Positions 17,742-27,422 are shown, counted from the stretch's first letter. The stretch is DNA of 64,000 nucleotides from an uncultured Planctomycetales bacterium (GCA_964413025.1 CAYPRG010000002.1:107-64106), one strand, 5' to 3'. Made by a program: numbers and translations. Notes: a model not told the origin generated them from the letters alone.

Positions 17742-20153
17742 ATGCGAAAGTTACGGCTTAAGGTTTACGGCTTACGGCTTGAAGATAAAACAAGGACAGT
17801 TCTTTTGTCGCTTGTTTTTTGTTTTAGTTTCGTTACCTTACCGGCTTATGCCCAGGAAGCCGGTAAAGAATCGGACCCTGCTAATCAGGAGGCTGTTGTT
17901 AAGGCGGATGAGCCCGTTGCCAAGGAAGATACTAATGTTCCTACTGTTAGCGACGTTAAGCTCTCTACGGTAAGCGACAATAAAGATGCCCCTGCCGGCG
18001 CGGGTATGCCTGTTGAAGGCATCATAGTCAACGGAGACAGGGTTGAGTTTTCTACCGAAGAGAAAGAGATAACCGCTACCGGCAATGTTTCGGTAATTTA
18101 TAAGGGGGCAAAATTAACCTGCGATAAATTAGTTGTTAATAGCCAGACTAAGGTTGGAGAGGCCATAGGAAACGCCAGGCTGGAGGATCCTAAAGGTATT
18201 ATAGAAGGCACAAAGATTATATATGATTTCGGGGCTAAAACCGGGACTATTATTGATACCCAGTTCAGGGCAAACCCTTATTTTGGCACAGGTGAAACAA
18301 CCGAGAAAGTTAGCGACGCGGAATTTGTTGTGCGCAGGGGGATTTTAACCACCTGTAATTTTGACCATCCGCATTGGCGCATAAAATCAAAAAAGATTGA
18401 TATGTTTCCGGGTGATAAAGTGCAGACCAGGGATAATGTGTTTTTTATAGGGCCTTTTCCCGCGCTTTATATGCCTCAACTAAGCCGCAGCCTGAAAGAC
18501 CCTCTTATGCAGGTTCAGCTTATGCCCGGGACAAGCAAAGAATGGGGTACTTACATGCTCACTGCCTGGAGGTATAATCTTACCGAAGATGTTGCCGGAA
18601 GGATTTATGCTGACTACAGGTCGAGCTTAGGGGTTGCCGAAGGTTTTGGGGTAAATTATAATACGCAGCAATTCGGCAAAGGCGATTTTAAGTATTACTA
18701 TACTCAGGAGAGAAATAAAACCAAGCAATTTGAGGCGCTCCCCAAAGATGCCGCCAGAGTATTCCAGAGGTATTTAATCCGTTTACGCCATAAGTGGGTT
18801 ATTGACACCCAGACAAACCTGACCGCTGAATATTGGAAGATTACTGATTCCAAAAGGTCGCTTTACGGACCCACTTATAATTTTATAAAAGATTATTGGT
18901 ACCGCGAATATGAAACTGATACCCAGCCTTTATCTTACGTCTCGGCTCATCGCTCCTTTACTTACGGGAGTGTAGATTTTTTAATGCAGCCGCGGGTTAA
19001 TAGCTGGTACAATGCCGGTTTTGTGGAGAAGCTTCCGGAAATACAATATACCCTACCGAGTTTTCATATCGGAGAAACGCCTTTTTATTTTGACCAGTCT
19101 AGTTTAGCAGGAAATTATAATATGAAAAATACAAATACAGACATACGCGATAGCGGTACTCCGGATAGGCATATGAACAGGCTTAATACGAATAATAAAC
19201 TTTCCATGCCTGTTAAGGTGGCTTTTATCAAGCTTACTCCTTTTGTGAATCACCAAGGCACCTATTATCAAGAGGGCGACCCTAGTGCTGGTGCAAAAAA
19301 TTTATTCCGCACTATTTTTTCAAGCGGCGCTGAGGCCAGCACGAAATTTTTCCGTATTTTTAAAATTAAGTCAAATTTTTTGGGTTTGGATATAAATGAT
19401 GTCAGGCATATTATTACCCCTACAATCAACTATACTTATCAACATACGCCGACAATCCGCGCATCAAAATTGACTCAAATAGACGGTGTAGATTCTATTA
19501 CTAACCCAAGCAACAGTTCTACCTTGCAGTTATCCAATATCCTGCAAACAAAACGGAATGACGTAACTGTTGATTTCTTTGATTTTCTAATTTCCGCTCC
19601 CTACAGTTTTAAGTCCGGGGGAGGGTCAGGGGTTAAAAGTTCGAAGCTCGGAGACATCACCTTAAAGCTGAAGTTTTTGCCTTGGTCTAATGTAGCATTG
19701 TATTCAGATTCTACTTTTTCCCGGGCGCACGATGAAACTTATAATAAGTTTGTTAACGTAAACTATGAATTATCGTACGATATGGGCAATGAGCGTTCGG
19801 TCGGATTCGGCCAGCGTTACCAGAGGAAGGGCAGCAATGAATTTACTCTTAATTTTAATTGGCGGATAAATCCAAAATGGAAGTTTACGGTTTATGAGAG
19901 ATACGCGGCCGGCTCTTGCAACCCGGCTCTTCTTCTGGGTAGAGGATTAAGAGAGCAGGAATATGTCCTTTCCAGAGATATGCACTGCTGGACCATGGAA
20001 GCTACGTATAATGTAACCAGAGATAAAGGAGAGAGTATCTTTATTGCCTTTAAGCTAAAAGCATTTCCTGAGTTGGGCTTTAACTTTAATCAGGCTTATC
20101 ATCAGCCTAGAGCTGGTGGTGGTAATGAGGAAGCACTCGCCCGTAGAAATTAA
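17742..20153 (+). CDS. lptD: LPS-assembly outer-membrane protein LptD (OstA family)
   Basis: Signal peptide ending AYAQEA, an OstA-like N-domain (GNVSVIYKGAKLTCDKLVVN), and a large Tyr/aromatic-rich beta-barrel region. Confidence 0.75.
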   Translation: MRKLRLKVYGLRLEDKTRTVLLSLVFCFSFVTLPAYAQEAGKESDPANQEAVVKADEPVAKEDTNVPTVSDVKLSTVSDNKDAPAGAGMPVEGIIVNGDRVEFSTEEKEITATGNVSVIYKGAKLTCDKLVVNSQTKVGEAIGNARLEDPKGIIEGTKIIYDFGAKTGTIIDTQFRANPYFGTGETTEKVSDAEFVVRRGILTTCNFDHPHWRIKSKKIDMFPGDKVQTRDNVFFIGPFPALYMPQLSRSLKDPLMQVQLMPGTSKEWGTYMLTAWRYNLTEDVAGRIYADYRSSLGVAEGFGVNYNTQQFGKGDFKYYYTQERNKTKQFEALPKDAARVFQRYLIRLRHKWVIDTQTNLTAEYWKITDSKRSLYGPTYNFIKDYWYREYETDTQPLSYVSAHRSFTYGSVDFLMQPRVNSWYNAGFVEKLPEIQYTLPSFHIGETPFYFDQSSLAGNYNMKNTNTDIRDSGTPDRHMNRLNTNNKLSMPVKVAFIKLTPFVNHQGTYYQEGDPSAGAKNLFRTIFSSGAEASTKFFRIFKIKSNFLGLDINDVRHIITPTINYTYQHTPTIRASKLTQIDGVDSITNPSNSSTLQLSNILQTKRNDVTVDFFDFLISAPYSFKSGGGSGVKSSKLGDITLKLKFLPWSNVALYSDSTFSRAHDETYNKFVNVNYELSYDMGNERSVGFGQRYQRKGSNEFTLNFNWRINPKWKFTVYERYAAGSCNPALLLGRGLREQEYVLSRDMHCWTMEATYNVTRDKGESIFIAFKLKAFPELGFNFNQAYHQPRAGGGNEEALARRN

Positions 20154-20190
20154 GGATTTTTTTAAACGGCCAAAAGGAGGCTAAGTAACG

Positions 20191-21501
20191 GTGAATATTT
20201 CTATTATAGGTTCTGGGTATGTGGGGCTGGTTACCGGCGCTTGCTTCGCGGAATTAGGGAATAAAGTTGTTTGCGCTGATAACGACAGCAAAAAAATCGC
20301 CGCGCTTAAAAAAGGGATCATGCCTATTTATGAGCCGGGGCTTGAAGAATTAGTGATAAATAACCTGAAAAAGAAAAGGCTGGAATTTACTTCCAGTATA
20401 AAAGATGCGGTAAAGTCTTCGGAAGTTATATTTATTGCCGTGGGTACTCCTTCCCTGGAAAACGGGGAGGCGGATTTGACCGGCATAGAAAATGTCGCCC
20501 ATAATATCGCCAAAAATATGGCCGGTTACCGTTTGATCGTCGAGAAATCTACTGTTCCGGTAGAGACCGGTAAGTGGGTCAAGCAGACCATATCGAGCTT
20601 TGTAAGGCGAGGGGTTAAGTTTGATGTTGCTTCTAATCCTGAGTTTCTCAGGGAAGGTTCGGCTATAAGCGATTTTATGCATCCGGACAGGATAGTTATC
20701 GGGGTGGAATCAAAGGCGGCAAGGGATATCCTGGTTAACCTGTATCAGCCATTAAAAGCGCCCATAGTTATTACTAACATAAAGAGCGCGGAATTGATTA
20801 AGCATGCCTCTAATGCCTTTTTGGCCTCAAAAATTTCTTTTATTAACGCCGTTTCGCGTATTTGCGAGAAAGTAGGCGCTGATATTATGGAGGTAGCCGA
20901 GGGGATGGGCTTGGACAAAAGGATCGGCAGGTCATTTTTAAATCCGGGGATTGGTTATGGGGGCTCTTGTTTTCCTAAAGACCTGGACGCCTTTGTGGAT
21001 ATTTCCGGCAAACTGGGTTATGACTTTGAACTGCTTAAAGCGGTAAGGAATATAAATAAAGAGCAGAAAGAGTTTCTGCTTAAAAAAATAAGAGATATCC
21101 TCTGGATCATTAAAAACAAAACAATAGGCATCCTTGGCTTGTCGTTTAAGCCCAATACTGATGATATACGCAATGCCCCTGCCCTGGATATAATCAAGGC
21201 ATTGCAGATGGAGGGGGCTAACATAAAAGTTTATGATCCTTCATCTATGGAAAAGGCAAAAGGATTGTTGGGCAAAGCCAAGTTTTGTAAAGACCCTTAT
21301 GATGTCTGCCGGGGAAGCGATTGCCTGTTAATTATTACCGAGTGGGACGAATTTAAAGAGTTAGATTTTTCCAGGATTAAGAAATTGCTAAAAAGGCCGT
21401 TGATTGTTGATGGCCGCAATATATACGAGCCGGAAAAAATGGAGAAACTTGGTTTTACCTATGTTTCTATCGGAAGGCCGAATTCCAGAAAGAATACCTG
21501 A
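20191..21501 (+). CDS. ugd: UDP-glucose 6-dehydrogenase
   Basis: GTG start with AAGGAGG RBS. Motifs IIGSGYVGLVTGACFA, GGSCFPKD and LGLSFKPNTDD. Confidence 0.9.
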   Translation: MNISIIGSGYVGLVTGACFAELGNKVVCADNDSKKIAALKKGIMPIYEPGLEELVINNLKKKRLEFTSSIKDAVKSSEVIFIAVGTPSLENGEADLTGIENVAHNIAKNMAGYRLIVEKSTVPVETGKWVKQTISSFVRRGVKFDVASNPEFLREGSAISDFMHPDRIVIGVESKAARDILVNLYQPLKAPIVITNIKSAELIKHASNAFLASKISFINAVSRICEKVGADIMEVAEGMGLDKRIGRSFLNPGIGYGGSCFPKDLDAFVDISGKLGYDFELLKAVRNINKEQKEFLLKKIRDILWIIKNKTIGILGLSFKPNTDDIRNAPALDIIKALQMEGANIKVYDPSSMEKAKGLLGKAKFCKDPYDVCRGSDCLLIITEWDEFKELDFSRIKKLLKRPLIVDGRNIYEPEKMEKLGFTYVSIGRPNSRKNT

Positions 21502-21505
21502 AGAA

Positions 21506-22813
21506 ATGAATTCTATCAAGGTATTTCAGAAGAGGATTGCTAAGAAAGAGGTTAAGATCGCAGTGGTGGGCCTGGGGTATGTGGGTTTGCCGTTGGCAAT
21601 TGAATTCGCGAAAAAAGGTTTTTCTGTCTTAGGGATAGATGTAGATAAGGACAGGATAAGCCATATACAAAAGAAGGAATCGTATATAACCGATGTATCT
21701 GACAAAGAACTAAAGCAAGTCTTAAAGTCGGGAAAATTTTGTGCTGTAAGCGATTTTTGCGCCTTAAGAGAAACCGAAGTTATTATTATCTGCGTTCCTA
21801 CCCCCTTAAAAAGAAAATACCAACCTAATATTTCCTATATTAAACAGGCGGTAGAGTCTATCTCAAAACATATCAGCAAGGGGAGTTTGGTTATTCTGGA
21901 AAGTACTACTTATCCCGGTACGACGGAAGAGGTGATCCTGCCTATTTTTGAGCGGTGTAATTTGAGTCATAATAGCGATTTTTTTCTTTGTTTCTCGCCT
22001 GAAAGGATTGACCCGGGCAATAAACAATACCCCATTAACAGGATTCCTAAAGTGGTGGGCGGAATTACTAAGGAGGCTACATCTTTAGCGGTGTCAGTCT
22101 ATAAAAACATAATTGACAAGGTTGTCCCGGTTTCTTCGGCAAGAGTAGCGGAAGTGGTTAAGTTGCTGGAAAACACCTTTCGCCTGATTAATATCGGATT
22201 AATAGATGAATTGGCGATGATGGCGCACCGTATGAACATTGACATTTGGGAGGTTGTTGATGCAGCCAGCACTAAGCCATTTGGTTTTATGCCTTTTTAT
22301 CCCGGGCCGGGAGTGGGAGGACATTGTATTCCTAAAGATCCTTTGTATCTGTATTGGAAAGCAAGGCGATATGGTTTTGACTCACGCTTCATAAAGCTTG
22401 CCTCGGATGTCATTTCGCGTATGCCGGAATATGTGGCAGACAGAGTTATCAGCCTGACTAAGAAAAAAGGTGCTGGTTTAAATAAAATAAAGATTCTGGT
22501 TGTGGGAGTAACCTACAAGAAAGATATCAAGGATTTAAGGCAATCCCCATCTTTGGATATAATCGATGTCTTTAAAAAGAGGGGAGTTATGGTTTCCTAC
22601 CATGATCCTCTGATCCCCTATCTTAAGCTGAACCATTTTAATCTTACCTCTGTCAATTTGAGGAAAGAAAAATTAGATAAGTTTGATTGCGTGATAATCG
22701 CTACTGACCACTCGACGGTGGATTATGATTTTATTTTGGATAAGGCAAAGCTGATTTTCGATACGCGTAATGTTTACAACGGGGTGAATGCAAGAAAGGT
22801 TATTAAGCTGTGA
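21506..22813 (+). CDS. Nucleotide-sugar 6-dehydrogenase, TviB/WbpO/WecC-like (UDP-N-acetylhexosamine dehydrogenase)
   Basis: VVGLGYVGLPLA, GVGGHCIPKDP and GVTYKKDIKDLRQSP motifs. ATG 21506 is chosen because the longer ORF from 21404 overlaps ugd. Confidence 0.8.
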   Translation: MNSIKVFQKRIAKKEVKIAVVGLGYVGLPLAIEFAKKGFSVLGIDVDKDRISHIQKKESYITDVSDKELKQVLKSGKFCAVSDFCALRETEVIIICVPTPLKRKYQPNISYIKQAVESISKHISKGSLVILESTTYPGTTEEVILPIFERCNLSHNSDFFLCFSPERIDPGNKQYPINRIPKVVGGITKEATSLAVSVYKNIIDKVVPVSSARVAEVVKLLENTFRLINIGLIDELAMMAHRMNIDIWEVVDAASTKPFGFMPFYPGPGVGGHCIPKDPLYLYWKARRYGFDSRFIKLASDVISRMPEYVADRVISLTKKKGAGLNKIKILVVGVTYKKDIKDLRQSPSLDIIDVFKKRGVMVSYHDPLIPYLKLNHFNLTSVNLRKEKLDKFDCVIIATDHSTVDYDFILDKAKLIFDTRNVYNGVNARKVIKL

Positions 22814-23754
22814 GTAAATTTTTAGTTACCGGCGGCGCGGGTTTTATCGGTTCCCATATTGTCAGAGCCTTGCTTGATAAAAAGCACTCTGTCAGGGTGT
22901 TGGATAATTTTTCCAGCGGCAAGATTGGGAATTTAAAAAGCGTAATAAAAGAGATAGAGTTAGTCAGTGGTGATATCCGGTCGCAAAATACCTGTTCCAA
23001 GGCAGCTAAAGGGATTGATTTCGTTTTGCATCAGGCGGCATTAAGGAGCGTGCCCAAGTCGTTAAAGACGCCGGGGGAATATAATGAGGTCAATATCTGG
23101 GGAACTTTGAATATGCTGGAGGCATCTTTAAAAAATAAGGTTAAGCGGTTTGTCTTAGCATCCTCTAGTTCAATTTACGGCGATGTAGATAAGTTTCCTG
23201 AGCGCGAAGATTTTCTACCGCAGCTTATTTCCCCTTACGCTCTTTCTAAATTGGCCGGAGAATATTACTGTAAAATATTCAGTTATCATTATGGCCTGTC
23301 TACTGCTTGCCTGCGCTATTTTAACGTTTTCGGGCCGCGGCAATCCCTGGATGACGAATACGCTGTGGTTATACCGAAATTTATAACTTGCCTCTTAAAA
23401 AACCAGCAGCCGCCCATATATGGGAGCGGTAAACAATCGCGGGATTTTACTTACGTGGCTAATGTGGTTGAGGCGAATATCCTGGCTACCCGGAAAAATA
23501 ATCTTAAAGGCGAGGTATTTAATATCGCGGGAGGCAAAGATTACAGCATCCTGGAATTAGTCAAAATTTTAAATAAAATATTGGGTAAAAATATAAAACC
23601 TGCTTTTTTGGCCTTGCGCCCGGGTGATGTGTTCAAAACAAGGGCTGAGCTTTCCAATTCAAAAAAAATATTGGGTTTTGTACCGAGGGTAAATTTTGTC
23701 GATGGGTTAAAGTTGACAGTACGTTCATTCAAGGGAGAGGAGTCAAATGGGTAA
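22810..23754 (+). CDS. NAD-dependent nucleotide-sugar 4-epimerase, TviC/WbpP-like
   Basis: [29 protein letters not shown] (YxxxK) and [11 protein letters not shown] motifs. Paired with a TviB-like dehydrogenase. Confidence 0.8.
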   Translation: MSKFLVTGGAGFIGSHIVRALLDKKHSVRVLDNFSSGKIGNLKSVIKEIELVSGDIRSQNTCSKAAKGIDFVLHQAALRSVPKSLKTPGEYNEVNIWGTLNMLEASLKNKVKRFVLASSSSIYGDVDKFPEREDFLPQLISPYALSKLAGEYYCKIFSYHYGLSTACLRYFNVFGPRQSLDDEYAVVIPKFITCLLKNQQPPIYGSGKQSRDFTYVANVVEANILATRKNNLKGEVFNIAGGKDYSILELVKILNKILGKNIKPAFLALRPGDVFKTRAELSNSKKILGFVPRVNFVDGLKLTVRSFKGEESNG

Positions 23755-24691
23755 GAAAGTAGTGGTGGTAACCGGCGGCGCGGGTTTTATCGGTTCTTAT
23801 CTTTGTGATAGGCTAATTAATGAAAAATTTAAGGTTATCTGTTTAGATAATTTTATAACCGGAAGCCTTGATAACGTGAAACATCTATTTGGCAACGGAA
23901 GTTTCAGGTTTATAGAGCATAATGTGACAAAATATATCGATATCGGGGAAAATGTTGATTATGTTTTACATTTTGCTTCTCTTGCTTCTCCTGAAGATTA
24001 TCTGAAATTCCCTATCCAGACCTTAAAAGTGGGTTCCCTGGGGACACATAACGCTCTGGGCTTAGCCCTTAAGAAAAAGGCCAGGTTTATACTTGCCTCG
24101 ACATCTGAAGTCTATGGCGACCCCTTGTTGCATCCACAGTCTGAGGATTACTGGGGCAACGTTAACCCGGTGGGAGTAAGAGGGTGTTACGACGAGTCTA
24201 AGCGTTTCGCGGAAGCGCTTGCCATGGCCTATCATAGGGTGCATAAAGTCGATACGAAGATAATCCGGATTTTCAATACTTATGGCCCGCGGATGAGGAT
24301 GAAAGACGGCAGGGTAGTCCCGAATTTTATTTATCAGGCCTTGCATAATAAGCCTATGACCATATACGGCAAGGGGACTCAAACCAGAAGTTTTTGTTAT
24401 GTCGATGATTTAATATCTGGCATATTAAAGGTGATGTGTTCTAATATTAATGATCCCATAAATTTAGGTAATCCCCATGAATTTACCATTCTTCAGTTAG
24501 CCAGGTTGATTGTTAAATTAACAGGCACGAAGAGCAAAATTGTTTTTAAGCCTCTGCCTCAGGATGACCCCCGCCAGCGGCAACCTAATATCGCCAGGGC
24601 CAAGAAGATTTTAAAATGGGAGCCTAGGGTGGAATTAGAGGAAGGCCTTAAGAAAACCATAGAGTGGTTTGCTAGATTGAATTATTCCTAA
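23747..24691 (+). CDS. uxs: UDP-glucuronate decarboxylase (UDP-xylose synthase)
   Basis: [41 protein letters not shown] and [11 protein letters not shown] motifs. Confidence 0.85.
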   Translation: MGKKVVVVTGGAGFIGSYLCDRLINEKFKVICLDNFITGSLDNVKHLFGNGSFRFIEHNVTKYIDIGENVDYVLHFASLASPEDYLKFPIQTLKVGSLGTHNALGLALKKKARFILASTSEVYGDPLLHPQSEDYWGNVNPVGVRGCYDESKRFAEALAMAYHRVHKVDTKIIRIFNTYGPRMRMKDGRVVPNFIYQALHNKPMTIYGKGTQTRSFCYVDDLISGILKVMCSNINDPINLGNPHEFTILQLARLIVKLTGTKSKIVFKPLPQDDPRQRQPNIARAKKILKWEPRVELEEGLKKTIEWFARLNYS

Positions 24692-24726
24692 TTCTATGGT
24701 ATACTTGCAATTAGAACAGGTTTTGC

Positions 24727-24755
24727 TTGACAAAGTTTAAAGGAAATGGTATAAA
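24727..24755 (+). promoter_or_regulatory. Putative extended -10 sigma70 promoter for the major pilin gene
   Basis: TTGACA (24727-24732), a 17-nt spacer ending in TGG, then TATAAA (24750-24755). It would give a 5' UTR of about 160 nt. Confidence 0.4.
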
Positions 24756-24917
24756 TAAAAAACAGTCCAAGGGGACATGCGTTTATAGGAAACCTCTTAT
24801 TGACAAGGAAAACAGCGACGATTAAAGAGTAGAAATTATAATTTATTAGCAGTGGATAAGAGGGATTTTAGAGAACGCGAACTGTCAATTATACCTTAGG
24901 AAGGAGGCTTATATAAT

Positions 24918-25370
24918 ATGAAGAAAAAAGGTTTTACATTGGTAGAAATCATGATCGTTGTTGCAATCATCGCGTTATTGGCTGCTATCGCCATACCTAA
25001 TTTACTCCGTGCGCGTATTTCCGCTCAGGAATCAGCTGCTGCTGCTGCGTTGCATACTGTTCTTACTGCTGAAGTACAGTTCCGCGCGAGTAATGCGACC
25101 TATGCTACTTTAGTTACTTTGGGAGCCGCAACCCCTCCATATATCGATGGAACTCTCGCTGCAGGGGTAAAACAAGGTTATAATTTTGTGGCTACTCCAA
25201 ACGCTGGTACTAACTTCATTGCTACTGCCGCACCCGTGACTTTAGCTCAGGCGCATACTTTCTATATTGACGAAGATGGCGTATTGTGCAGATCTGATGC
25301 TACAGGCACAGCTGCTCCAGGCGCTCATACAGACGCCGGCTGTCCTGCTGGTTTCACTGAAGTACAATAA
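24918..25370 (+). CDS. pilA: Type IV pilin (prepilin-type N-terminal cleavage/methylation domain), probable major pilin
   Basis: MKKKGFTLVEIMIVVAIIALLAAIAIPNL class III signal with G(-1), F1 and E5. C-terminal Cys pair (C...AGC). GGAGG RBS, own promoter and terminator. Confidence 0.85.
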   Translation: MKKKGFTLVEIMIVVAIIALLAAIAIPNLLRARISAQESAAAAALHTVLTAEVQFRASNATYATLVTLGAATPPYIDGTLAAGVKQGYNFVATPNAGTNFIATAAPVTLAQAHTFYIDEDGVLCRSDATGTAAPGAHTDAGCPAGFTEVQ

Positions 25371-25389
25371 GCACAGCTATTAACAACTA

Positions 25390-25430
25390 AAAAGACGGTG
25401 GAAATTTTTCACCGTCTTTTTTTGTTTTTT
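25390..25430 (+). terminator. Rho-independent terminator after the pilin gene
   Basis: AAAAGACGGTG / loop GAAATTTTT / CACCGTCTTTT stem, followed by a T-rich run (TTTTTTTGTTTTTT). Confidence 0.75.
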
Positions 25431-25552
25431 GTATAATTTATCTTGCCCGGTTATAAATTTTATGCTAATCTAATAGAGAATATTTTGCCAAGATTAGGAA
25501 AATACTTTCTAAGACAAAATTTATATATCGTGTTGGGGGGTTTAAATTTAGG

Positions 25553-25969
25553 ATGATGAACAAGTGTGCTAAAAGTTTTGTCACTATAATGATAGTTACC
25601 GCGATAACCGCTCTTGTTTTAAGGGTGGTCATCAAGCAGATAATTAAGGTCACTATAACTCAGTATGAATCAGATGCTTCGGCAACCATAAAGTTGATTT
25701 CTGCTTCCCTGGAGAATTACGCTAAAGACAACCTTGGGGTTTATCCTGCCAAGCTCTCGGTTTTAACAAAAAATAAACCTTCATACCTTGATAAAGATTA
25801 CACAGGGTTATCTCCCCTAAGAGGGTATAATTATGATTGCCCAAGGCTTGATTCATCTGGATACAGCTGTTCGGCTAGCCCGGTAAGCTGCGGATTAACC
25901 GGAAAAATGATCTATACGGTTATCACCGGCGGGTCTTTAATATCCGAAGAATGTTCTAAGAAAGAGTAG
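25553..25969 (+). CDS. Pilin-like protein with a degenerate class III signal (Ser at -1, Met at +5)
   Basis: N-terminus AKSFVTIMIVTAITALVL aligns to KRGFTLVEIMIAVAVL of the neighbouring pilins. The body shares their pattern (YPAKLSVL...PSYLD...GYNY). Four C-terminal Cys residues. Confidence 0.45.
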   Translation: MMNKCAKSFVTIMIVTAITALVLRVVIKQIIKVTITQYESDASATIKLISASLENYAKDNLGVYPAKLSVLTKNKPSYLDKDYTGLSPLRGYNYDCPRLDSSGYSCSASPVSCGLTGKMIYTVITGGSLISEECSKKE

Positions 25970-25970
25970 G

Positions 25971-26396
25971 ATGAAGCGAGGCTTTACATTAGTGGAAATT
26001 ATGATAGCGGTGGCTGTGTTGGTTGTTTTGCTCAGCCTGGCCCTGCCTAATCTTCTCCGTTCGCGCGTCACCGCCATGGAGGTGATTGCTTTGGCGAATA
26101 CTAAGACAATAGCTAATGCTTGCCAGTTTTATCGTGGAAACCAGGGGACTTATCCCGATGTTTTATCCGATTTAAGTGCCGGCAATGTGCCTTATATCGA
26201 TTCCCAACTGAGCAGCGGTAGCAAGCAAGGGTATGAGTTTATTTTTAACCGGACTAGCGTGAATAGTTTTACCCTTAATGCCAATCCTACTTCTGGTGAG
26301 TTGTTAGGTGGCAGGCATTTTTATGCCGACGAAAGCGGGGTCATCAGGGGAAGAGCAGACGGCCCCGCGGGCCCGGGAGACGAAATCATCCAATGA
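25971..26396 (+). CDS. Type IV pilin / minor pilin (prepilin-type N-terminal domain)
   Basis: MKRGFTLVEIMIAVAVLVVLLSLALPNL. Paralog of the 24918 pilin (VPYIDSQLSSGSKQGYEF, HFYADESGVI). Starts 1 nt after the upstream stop. Confidence 0.8.
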   Translation: MKRGFTLVEIMIAVAVLVVLLSLALPNLLRSRVTAMEVIALANTKTIANACQFYRGNQGTYPDVLSDLSAGNVPYIDSQLSSGSKQGYEFIFNRTSVNSFTLNANPTSGELLGGRHFYADESGVIRGRADGPAGPGDEIIQ

Positions 26397-27421
26397 TGAA
26401 TCTTATATTTAAAATAATCAAAGATAAATTTTCAAAAGAAACTTATTCTTTCGGTTTGGATATCGGTACCTCCGTAATAAAATTCGTTAAATTAAAGTTT
26501 TCTAAAGATACGATAGAGCTGTGCGATTTTGAATTAGCGCAGACAGATATTAATCTTGACCAGGCCATAAAAAAGATTGCCGAATCCAGGAACGCCTACA
26601 GGGTGAACATCTCTGTTTCAGGGCCATCGACTATTATCAGGTATATCAGTTTCCCCAAGATGAACAGCGATGAGCTCAAGAAGTCCCTGCGTTTCGAGGC
26701 TCAAAAATATATTCCTTTTCCTATCAATGAGTTGAACCTGGACAGCTATATATTAAAGGATAATCTGCCCGACAATAAAATGCTTTTATTGCTGGCTGCG
26801 GTCAAGACCGAATTGATGAACCAGCGTATAAGATTGATAGATAGCTGCGGGCTGAAGATTTATGTGCTTGATATTGATTCAGTGGCACTGGTGAATGCTT
26901 TTAATTTTAATTACCCCCAGGAAAACGTGGAAAAACGCAAGACCATAGCCCTTCTGAATATCGGGGCCTCATTAAGTAACTTAAATGTTTTGGAAGGCGA
27001 CATGCCCCGTTTAAGCAGGGATATACAGATTGCCGGGGTTAAGTTTACTCAAAAGCTGGTGGATGTGCTCGGCGTGGATTTTAAAGCGGCAGAGGATTTA
27101 AAGCTCAAGCCGGAAAGCGATAAAGCCGACAAAATAACAAAGGCTATCGAGTCGGTACTTACCGGCCTTGCCGCCGAGATAAGGACGTCGTTCGATTATT
27201 ATGAAAGCCAGAGTTCTTCAACGGTTGATAAGATCTTTTTAAGCGGAGGGGGAAGCTTTTTCCCCGGCTTAAAAGATATGCTGGCCGGCCTTCTTGGGAT
27301 AGAGGTGGAATATTGGGATCCTTTAAAAAAGATTATTATTCCTGAAAGCCTTGCTTCTGAGAAACTGAAAATTTTGGCTCCACAATTAACCGTGGCTGTA
27401 GGCTTAGCGTTGCGACAATAA
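26393..27421 (+). CDS. pilM: Type IV pilus assembly protein PilM (actin-like ATPase fold)
   Basis: FGLDIGTSVIKFVKL, an actin-like fold pattern, LSGGGS, and a position upstream of pilNOPQ. Confidence 0.85.
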   Translation: MMNLIFKIIKDKFSKETYSFGLDIGTSVIKFVKLKFSKDTIELCDFELAQTDINLDQAIKKIAESRNAYRVNISVSGPSTIIRYISFPKMNSDELKKSLRFEAQKYIPFPINELNLDSYILKDNLPDNKMLLLLAAVKTELMNQRIRLIDSCGLKIYVLDIDSVALVNAFNFNYPQENVEKRKTIALLNIGASLSNLNVLEGDMPRLSRDIQIAGVKFTQKLVDVLGVDFKAAEDLKLKPESDKADKITKAIESVLTGLAAEIRTSFDYYESQSSSTVDKIFLSGGGSFFPGLKDMLAGLLGIEVEYWDPLKKIIIPESLASEKLKILAPQLTVAVGLALRQ

Positions 27422-27422
27422 A

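Noticed and set aside
17779-17973. Plus-strand alternative-frame ORFs nested inside lptD (17779-17973), dnaK (7857-8093) and a GT2 (44464-44682).
   Set aside because: They are out of frame with well-supported genes and have no RBS and no motifs.
21404-21505. N-terminal extensions of four ORFs in the track: 21404 for the sugar dehydrogenase, 32899 for obg, 46260 for a GT2 and 46964 for rfbA.
   Set aside because: The extensions overlap the 3' ends of upstream genes and add residues unrelated to the families. Internal ATGs at 21506, 32962, 46287 and 47027 coincide with the conserved N-termini and in some cases an RBS.
24700-24716. A possible sigma54 promoter upstream of the pilin gene (TGGTATACTTGCA).
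   Set aside because: The GG to GC spacing is 7 nt rather than the 10 nt of the TGGCAC-N5-TTGC consensus. A good sigma70 extended -10 promoter lies just downstream.
24692-24917. A possible riboswitch (for example c-di-GMP class) in the roughly 160-nt pilin leader.
   Set aside because: I could not find the conserved GEMM-type sequence blocks by eye. Without covariance-model scanning there is no support.
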